Made by a program: the position numbers and the translations under genes. 34,298 bases of DNA, taken from Jimgerdemannia flammicorona. Taxonomy: Eukaryota. Positions 24,756-33,126 of this stretch are shown here, piece by piece. The notes under the pieces were generated by a model. It worked only from the letters and a program-made list of their open reading frames with translations, did no database searches and was not told where the DNA came from. The stretch covers positions 1 through 34,298 of the forward strand of contig RBNJ01000279.1 of NCBI GenBank assembly GCA_003990765.1, given 5' to 3'. Numbering within the stretch: position 1 is the stretch's first letter; each line of letters opens with the position of its first letter.

Positions 24756-25231
24756 TGTAACATAGCAGACACTTACTCTTGAAAGTACATCAGATTTCTG
24801 TATTTTGAAAACTTGACTGTTCTGACTCTTACAGAGTCTCTTGAAGTTGTAGGGGAGGATGGGTGAGTTCGAAGTGTATCTGCCCATAGGCTTACTAGTT
24901 TCTTTGCTATCTCTTTGCTTTGAACTATTTCGATCTGAGGTTTATTCACTCGAAGATACTGGGTTATTTATACAAGTTTGCTAGCTATGAGAGGGTGGCT
25001 AAGTAATAAATGAGTTATTTGGACTTTGTCGAAACATTTGGACAATATCTAAATGCTATACTAAATTGGGGTATTCAATTTGGATAATGTCTAAAATTTA
25101 GACAATATCTAAGGATTTAGACAATGTCGAAATTGAGGACTGCTAACTATAAGGTTATACTACTTTGAGACTGGGTGCAATCAAGTGTCTATTCCCTATT
25201 TCCTTCTTCCAAATTTGGCTGTACCATTACA
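24756..25231 (-). repeat. Element B 5' LTR
   Basis: 476-bp direct repeat of 18495-18970. Confidence 0.95.
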
Positions 25232-25235
25232 GTGG

Positions 25236-28200
25236 TATCAGGTATAATGAAGGCTGATTTCTCACTGAAATCTTGAGTAAGACCAATCTGATAGAAGCCT
25301 AAGAACAGATCCAAGGTAGTATAGTATTTGGCTTTACTTCCAAGGATAGTAAGGATTTCTTGAATATTTGACAAGGGCTGCCTATTCTTCTTAGTAATTA
25401 CATTGAGCTTTCTGTAATCAATGTAGAGTCTTGAAGCAAACTCTTCAGACTTTTTTCCTTTCTTTGGGACAAGGATAATAGATGAAGCCCAGAAGCTGAT
25501 AGCTTGCTTAATAATTCCAGCTTCTTTCATTTTCTTGAGTTTTGCTTGCAGCCATTCTCTGTAGGCAGATGGTATAGGTCTGGCTTTCTGGTAGATGGAC
25601 TTGGTATCACTAGTGTCAACTTCATGATAGTACTTGGGTTCTTAATTGTAGATGTCCCTGAAGTCTATGGCAAGTATTTCTTCATTCTGGTGCAGAATCT
25701 TGAGAAGTTGTTCTTCTAGGAGAAGGTTTTCTCCAATGGTATATATGTACTTGTTCTGATCTGTGTCTTTCTTATGCTTGAGTTTGATAATCTTGGTGGC
25801 AGTATAGGCTTCTCTTCCAGTAAATTCAAAGTCTTGTTCTCTTCTCTTAGTCTTGATGAGTTCAATAGCTTCAGCAATCTTGAACTTCTTGATCTCATGA
25901 ATCAGTATTAGGCCAATTCTGTCATGCTTCTTGACTTTGAATAGGGTGGTGGGGTTGTGATTCCTGACTATGAGGAAGATCTCACTAGTGTAATCAGGGT
26001 CAATTACTCCTCCTTTAACTGAGATTTCACTTTTGGCCAGACTGCTCCTGGTCTTGATAATTCTGGCATAGTTCTCTGGCAACTTGACTCTAATTTCAGT
26101 ACCAAGTAGAGTAGTGGTCTATAGTTCAAGGATAGCATCTTGAATGTTGGTAAGATCTATTCCTATAGCTTCTTCAGTCTTGTATTCTGGGATCTTAGCT
26201 TCAGGATGAAACTTCTTAACCTTGAGAGTGATGTCTGATTCTTGTTCCTCCTCATTATTGCTATCAGATTGAAGTTCTGGGGGTTGGTCATCTTCTTCAG
26301 CTTACCTTTTTGTTTTAGCAGCTTCTTGCTCATACTTTTGTTGGTGAATTTTCCTGACTTTACTGATATAGGTAAGATAGTTATTCAGGTATTCAGAGCA
26401 GTACATTCTAGTACCATGGAGGCATCTTTCTTAAGGAGCATAGTTATTGATGATCTTGTTGTACTACTGCTCATCTGTGAGCTTGGGTGTCTTGCTCTTA
26501 TTCTTATATACTGAGTGTATGAAAACTTCTATATCTTTTTCATCTCCTTTCTTCATATCTGGTAGTACTTCTTTGTGGATATTGATAGAGACTCATACCT
26601 TTCTTCCTCTATAGTTGATCTGTATCTTCTGGACATTAAGATCAATGACAGTCTTGGTCTTGTGAAGCCATTGATTGCTAATAAAGATGTCATGGTTGGT
26701 GGTACTTGTAACAATCATATCTACTGGGACAGTAGCTCCTCCTATCTTGATAGGGACTTCTCAGATCTTGTCTAGAGGGGTAGCTTATATACCATCTTCT
26801 GTAATATAGACTATTTTGGTAGACTCTTCAATGTCCCAGCCTAGGCAGTCAATTATCTTCTTGCTCATAAGGTATCCTTCAGTACCAGTATCAATAATGG
26901 CATTAAAGATATACTCTTCAATCTGATATAAGATATAGGCTGATATCTTACACTGGTCTTCAGATTCTTCATCTGAGTCTTCTTGTTCATCTTCTTATAT
27001 ATTATGAGCATCTATGATCTTATACTCTTGGTTCTTGACAGTGATTATAAGTTCTACTCTCAACTGCTGTCTGAAGGCAGAGACTTCAACTAGTTGTTCA
27101 AAAGTAGCATTGACCTTCTATTTCTTAAGGTCCTTATAGATATTATAAGTGAATCTTAGTCTTGCACAGCTTTTGTTCTTTCTTGCTTTTACTTTCTCCT
27201 GAGACTGGAGTAGTGCCTTCAATAATTTGGTAGACAGCTTCATCTAACTCAATGTCTTGATCAATCTTCTTAGGTTGGATCTTACTTTGAATAGTAATAG
27301 CTAGGGTCTTCTTTGGTCTTCCAACTGGCTTGCTGTTACTCTTCTTGTCATAGAGCTTGGACTGGGTTCTGGTACCTTCAGTAACAGGGTAGAATTTAGT
27401 CTCCTCATAGTATTCTTTATTGTCAGTGTCACCAATCTCCTCAATGACCACTGTATTGATTTGTTCTCTAGTTCTGATAATATTGCTTGATTGGGCTTTA
27501 TATCTTATTTTGGTTATATAACTCTTTACATAGTGGCCTTCTTCTCTATATCTGAAGTATATGATATTGCATTCTTCTATAGTAACTGAAAATCTCTATA
27601 CTGGTCTCCTGTTGATACTTCAGACTTCTCTAATAACATCACTAAGGTGTGCAGTCATCTTGGTAAACTGCTTGGTAAGTTCCTCTATTGGATCAGTGTT
27701 GGCTATCTTGGGAGTAGGTGGGGATGGTTATCTGTTTACAACTATGATAGGTATGATACTGGTTGACTTTTGTAACTCTATCTTGATGCCAGTTATTTTT
27801 TCCATTGAGTGTTCAGTGGAATGTCTAGCAGTCCAATATCTCTATGCAAAGACTACTTTCTGATCAAGAGTCAGAGCAGCTGGAGTAGACTGGATTGCTA
27901 GGGCAATTTCAGGGTGGACTTCTTTGAGAAAGGTTGAATCAGCTATTTATTCTTTGAGGGTATCATCATAGCCAACCAAGATAATCTGATAGCAGATTCA
28001 GATATAGAATGAGTTGAGATCTTCACTGAGTCTCTGGCAGATAGTGTTGAGTTGATTCTTGAGAGCTTGCTTGATCTCTTCAGTATAGTATATAGTTCTG
28101 AGAAAGTTCTTCATATTGGCAAGTTTGGCTGCACTAGCATCAGCAATGGTGGCTATATTGAACTTGTCTCTGGCAGATTCTCTGAGGCTGACAGATAGGA

Positions 28201-28330
28201 GGGCTAATTGTATATCCACAACAAGGACTTATATAGTGGCAAATTGTTCAAAGTCTTCAATAAAGGTCAGAATTAACTCTTCAGTAGTATATCTATAGAA
28301 TGTGAGGGAATATATTTCTATCTTATCTTG
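25236..28330 (-). pseudogene. gag-pol: Element C gag-PR-dUTPase-RT(N-terminal) segment
   Basis: Colinear with B: YYTEEIKQALK, degenerate knuckle YFRYREEGHYVKSY, AIIDTGT (~26890), dUTPase, RLYIDYRKLN, DLFLGFYQI. Confidence 0.9.
25816..26229 (-). pseudogene. dut: dUTPase domain of element C
   Basis: AIGIDL, RSSLA, GGVIDPDYTSE, HDRIG, RREQDFEFTG (degenerate RG..GFGSTG). Confidence 0.88.
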
Positions 28331-28441
28331 AATTCTTATAGGGATGACTCTTGTAGTCAGAGTAGTTGTTGTGGTAGTTGTTTATTTTTCAGCTTAAATG
28401 TGAGAGATTCATCTTGAATTACTAGCCAATGAGTATCAAGT

Positions 28442-29975
28442 TGTTATGTAGTAGTCACTGAGTCCTTCAAATATATCAGATTCTCTTCAAGGTACATAAG
28501 TTTGTTATAAGCAAGTTCTTATTGGAGTATCTTCCTAAGATCTTATAGTCCTCAAACTTCTTATCTTTAAACTGTCTTACATATTATCTCTTATATTGCT
28601 TGTATGGAATTGAGTATAAGTAAACTAGACCGACTTTATTTTAAAGGAAATAAGAGGGATATTTATATAAAATATAATTTAATAGTTGCTAAGTTATAAA
28701 GCTAAATATAAATTCCAATAACCAAATAAAATACTGAAATACAAAAAACTATAGTTATAAGTGTAAATTCAAGTATCTGTACAAATGATTGCACAAGTTC
28801 AAGATGCTAGTAGATTTTGATAGTATAGAAAAAGAGTACTGATAGAATTCAGTTATATAGAAAAAGAATGCCAGAAGATTTCAGTATTACTAAGAACTTA
28901 GAGCAGAATGTTTAGGACTATGGGGGCTTCATCTTCATCACTACCAGAGGTCAGGATACTCTCAAAGAAAATGAGGTCTATAAACATTTTGTCCATTTCA
29001 CATATTTCATATGTATCATATGGGATGACATCATCATGAGTAATGTCATCTCATTTGGTGGCAGGGAAAGTAAGGAGATCTGGGGCTCTCCAATCTATAA
29101 GGTTCTCTTCTACAAAATAAGAGACAAATGTGGGATCTTGGGGAGGTCTAATCTGGATGCTGGGGTCTTGGAATACTGAGATCAATCCTTATAGGAATTG
29201 ATCAGAATTGTCCTCAAGGATGGGATTCCAGAACTCTCCTATCTCATCACTATTGAGAATGATAGTGGACTGAGCTTCCGTGGCCACTATAATCTCTAGT
29301 ACATTGGTATGGCAGGCTGATAGTTTCTTGAAGTCTGAGATTCTAGTATACTCCAAGTTGGGGATTGACTATAGTGTATGTCTGAAGATCTGATAAATCT
29401 TCTTTGCTATCCTTATTTTATATATATCCATAGAGATGGCATCTTGAATCTCTTGGGAACTGATCTGAGGGAATTTCCAGTAGAGAAGGTTTCCTATTTC
29501 ATACTTCTACTATATTCAGAAGTATTTGATATTAATGGTGATCTTTGTTTCCATTTCACAGTGATAGAGGATATAATGATAAGAGTTACTAATACATAGG
29601 TTGAGGCTAGGAGTCCTTCTTGTGTGAGTTCTCATAGCTCTTCTGATGTCTTGGAATATTCTTTCCTGGACTGAGAGATCTTGATAGTTTCTGAATCTTG
29701 AGGTTTGGTAAGTGGTAGATATTTGTTTATAATAAAGTCTTTTGAACTATTTCTGTGAGTCTTGTTTGGGTTACTGCTATTGCAGTTTCTTGATCTTTCT
29801 TTTATATTCCTCAAGATATCTATCTTGTGGTCATAATAACTCACAGTTAGTCATTATTACTCATCTTATAGCCTGGGTGAGTCATACTATATGATCTTCT
29901 TATGCTATGATCTGGTGACTTATAAGAAAAGACTATCTTCTATAATAATGTCATTATTCTGAGATTACTATTATA
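28442..29975 (-). repeat. Element C 5' LTR (1534 bp) containing an ORF
   Basis: Reverse-complement homology to 30902-32510 at both ends and internally. Adjacent ACT+PBS. Minus-strand TATATAAAT at ~28661-28669 and AATAAA at 28635-28640. Confidence 0.9.
28898..29854 (-). pseudogene. LTR-embedded ORF3 homologue (319 codons, single frame, transition-type stops)
   Basis: ..RIFQDIRRAMRTH..YEIGNLL..IRIAKKIYQIFR..IPNLEYTRISDFKKL..EFWNPILED..DWRAPDLL..; one frame by my translation, conserved in the solo LTR. Confidence 0.7.
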
Positions 29976-30472
29976 ATATATATCTTATGCTAAAAATAAG
30001 GTCTAATATATTATATACTATAAATAAGATGGTATAGTATTTCTTCTTCTATAATAATTTGCATTAAAGTATCATTAAGAGAAATTTTAGATATCTTAAG
30101 AGTATGATATACTATATACTCACTCTTAGTAGATTAAGTAAGAGTAATAATAATAACATTATTATTATATAGCTATCTGGTATATATAATACTAATTGAA
30201 TAGATAATTTAGATAACTACTAATCTATAACTAGATATCTTTTCCATATTAATAACTAAGGGTCTATTATCTCATAACAAATATATAAACAATTTCCTAT
30301 TACAATATCATCTATAGAAGCTAAATATCAGATATTATTATTGATAATAAAGAAATCTATATAGCTTCATCAATTTATTAAAGAGCTTGACTTCATCTAG
30401 AAGTATAACTCTATACTTATTCTATAAGATAATTAATTAATAATTATATTGGCAAAAAATCTAATATATTAT
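29976..30472 (+). pseudogene. Ty1/copia RT C-terminus and RNase H relic, hypermutated
   Basis: YLMLKIRSNI (=TRPDI), KRNFRYLK, YNTN* (=DADW), SITRYLF, S*QIYKQ (=SWQ..KQ), SSIEAKY (=SSTEAEY), DN*LII.LAKN (=DNQSAI.LAKNP). Confidence 0.85.
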
Positions 30473-30901
30473 AAACTCTATGTATAACTTAGCAAATGTG
30501 AATTTTTACTTAAGAAAATTTAATTTTTAGATTATATTATTACTTCTAATAAAATTAAAGTTAACTTAAATAAGATTTCAATAATTAAAATAATTAAGAA
30601 ATAGCTTTAATCTAAGAAGATTTATAATCTTAACTCATTCTTAAAACTGATTAACTACTATTGAAAATTTATTAAAAAATTTACCAAAATAACTACTATA
30701 ATTATCCAGTTACTCAAAAGTGATAAAAAATATAAAAAAACAGACTTTATTAATCTTATAAAATAGAAATCCAAATGTTATAAAATATTTTAAATATTAA
30801 ATAATACTCTGATCACTACTTCTGTTCTTTAAGTATCTAACTCTATACTATTTTATAAGATGACTACTGATATCTTAGACTGAGTTCTTAAAGCTATATA
30901 T
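30473..30901 (+). pseudogene. Ty3/gypsy RT/connection relic, part 1, hypermutated
   Basis: KLYV*LSKCEF, FLDYII, SFLKLINYY*KFI, TTDILD*VLKA (=TTDASD..LGA). Confidence 0.82.
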
Positions 30902-31019
30902 TGTAATAGTGATCTCAGAATAGTGGTATCATTACAGAAGATAGTCTTTTCTTACAAGCCACTAGATTAAAGTATAAGAAGATCATATAGTATAACTCAC
31001 CCAGACTATAAGATAAGTA

Positions 31020-32049
31020 ATGATAACTAACTATAAGTCATGATGACTATAAGATAGATATCTCAAGGAATATAAAAGAAGAACTAAAGAACTACAGCAG
31101 CAGTAACTCAAACAAGACTTACAAAATCCTGAAATAGTTCAAAGACTCACTATAAATAAAATATCTACTGCTTATCAAACTGCAAGGTCCAGGAACTACC
31201 AAGGGATTCTCAGTCCAAGAAAAGATATTTCAAGACATTAGAAGAGCTATGAGAGTCTATACCAGAAGGATTCCTAGCCTTAACCTAGGTACTAGTGACC
31301 CTTACTACTTTATTCTCTACTGGAGATAAGGATTACTATTACTACTGAATGTCTTTAGATATGGTAGGAATATAAAATAAGAAATCTCCTCTGCTAGAAA
31401 TTTCCTCAGGCCTATCTCCAAGAGATACAAGATATTACCTCTATAGATCTATATGAATTGAGGATAGCTAAAAAGATCCATCAGGTCTTCAGGTATGTAT
31501 CTTGATCAATCCCCAACTTGGAGTATACCAGAGTCTCAGACTTCAACCTACTATACAGATACACTAGAGATCATGGTGGTTACAAAAGTTCAATCCATCA
31601 TTACTCTTAAAGAAGAGTTCTGGAATCCCATTCTCAAGGACAACCCAGATCAATTTCTATAAGAATTAATCTCAGTATTCTAAGATCCCAGTATCCAGAT
31701 TAGACCCTCTCAAGATTCCACCTTTATCTCCTACTTTGTGGAGAAAAATATCATAGACTAGAGAGCCTCTGATCTCCTTACTCTCTCTGCTACCAAACAT
31801 GATGATATTATCCTGCTAATCAAAATACATGAAAAATGTGAAACATGTAAAATATATAAAACACATAAAACACACAAAATATACAAAATATACAAAATAT
31901 GTAAAATATGTGAAATATACAAAATAGATGAGATACTTATAGAAATATTCACTGACCTTATTTCCTTCAAAGACATCCTGTCTCTGACCTCTAGTCTTGA
32001 TGACAGTGATGAAGATAAAGTTCTCAGTATTCTGAACATTCTGCTCTAA
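31020..32049 (+). pseudogene. LTR-embedded ORF3 homologue in the solo LTR (frameshifted)
   Basis: LRIAKKIHQVFR..SIPNLEYTRVSDF..EFWNPILKD..LNILL*; same terminal stop as the copy at 28898. Confidence 0.65.
31822..31920 (+). repeat. 9-bp tandem repeat (~11 units, RAAAYAYRY) in frame within the LTR ORF
   Basis: aaaatacat gaaaaatgt gaaacatgt aaaatatat aaaacacat aaaacacac aaaatatac..; only ~2 units at the equivalent place in 28442-29975. Confidence 0.8.
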
Positions 32050-32514
32050 GTTATTTATATAACTGTCAGAAATTATTCCAGCATTCTGATCTTGTACAAC
32101 TAATTGTATAGATACTAGAATTTGTAAAATTTCTGTATTCAAATATCTTATTTGATTATTAGAATTTATATTTAGTTTTATAACTTAGCAATTATTGAAT
32201 TATATTTTGTATAAATATCTCTCTTATTTCCTTTGAATTAAACTCAGTATTCTAATACTTAGTATTCAAACACTCAAGCATTCAAGTACTCAACTACTCT
32301 GAAGTACAGAAGTTTCAGTCCTCTACTCAATTCCAAGCAAGCAAATCCAAGAGATAATAGAATAGTTTAAAGATAAGAAGTTTGAGAACTATAAGATCTT
32401 AGAAAGGTACTCTAATAGAACTTGCTTATAAGAAACTTATAGTTGGTCTAAGAGATACATCTTAAAGATAATCTGACATACTTGAAGAACTTAGTACTCA
32501 CTATATGACAATAT

Positions 32515-32999
32515 ATATAAGAAGGATACCCAATTGTCTACTATATCTGAAGTTCAATAAAACTAAAATCAACTATATAATTTATAAATATATATAAATA
32601 TATATATATTAATTATTATAAATACTCTAATTAGATAGCAATCTTATCTTAAAGAAGTATACTTCATAATTATCATAGATTATAAGTCTCTGACTAATTT
32701 TAAGATACATATAAGCTACTCTTTCTCAAAAATAAGTCTATTGGATAAAAATTCTTATCAACTTTGAATATAAGATTTAGTATTACTCTAGTAAGAAAAA
32801 TACTATAGTTAATACTATTTCTAAATTATTAATTAAAGATATTATCAAGACTCTCACTCTTATAACAAACTCTGTTATATTATATATATCTAATATTATT
32901 ATATTATTATATTATTATTTAATAATATTTTTTACTATTTGATCTCTTTAAGATTATTATTAGTAATTAAGATTTGAAGTTTACTAATTATTTATATAT
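32515..32999 (+). pseudogene. Ty3/gypsy RNase H relic, part 2, hypermutated
   Basis: EGYPIVY, KFNKTKINY, FIIIIDYKSL (=F.V.TDHKSL), YYSSKKNTIVNTISK (=YRPGK.N.VADA.S). Confidence 0.75.
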
Positions 33000-33126
33000 T
33001 GTAACAGTGATCCCAGAATGATGACATCAGTACAGGAGACAGTCTTTCCTTGCAAGTCACCAGATCGGAGCACAAGAAGATTATACAGTATATGAGATGA
33101 ACAATGATGATCAACTGTGAGTCATC
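33000..33126 (+). repeat. 5' fragment of another family C LTR
   Basis: tgtaacagtgatcccagaatgatgacatcagtacaggagacagtc.. matches the 30902 start; preceded by atat; broken at ~33126. Confidence 0.85.

Larger units (their letters stand above)
18495..25231 (-). mobile_element. Ty3/gypsy element B, structurally complete, gag-PR-dUTPase-RT-RH-IN + extra ORF, least decayed
   Basis: 476-bp LTRs at 18495-18970 and 24756-25231. 4-bp TSD gtga/gtgg, whose removal restores the host frame PDTTYIYL. PBS at 24735-24752 and short PPT at 18971-18980. Confidence 0.95.
4694..29975 (-). mobile_element. Ty3/gypsy element C (long-LTR relative of B), split by B, A and LINE-A; integrase and 3' LTR expected left of the window
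   Basis: 5' LTR at 28442-29975, PBS, internal segments 25236-28441, 17756-18490 and 4694-4899 that join in frame across the TSDs. Confidence 0.88.
30902..32510 (+). mobile_element. Solo LTR of family C (1609 bp) with ORF3 homologue
   Basis: TGTAA..TGACA termini. 4-bp TSD atat (30898-30901/32511-32514), whose removal restores the host frame (..AIYI*EGYPIVY, RNase H GAV..QEGHP motif). Confidence 0.88.

Noticed and set aside
31758..32142. Hydrophobic minus-strand ORFs (ILYILYIL.., YFVYFTYF..)
   Set aside because: They are translation artefacts of the 9-bp tandem repeat read antisense.
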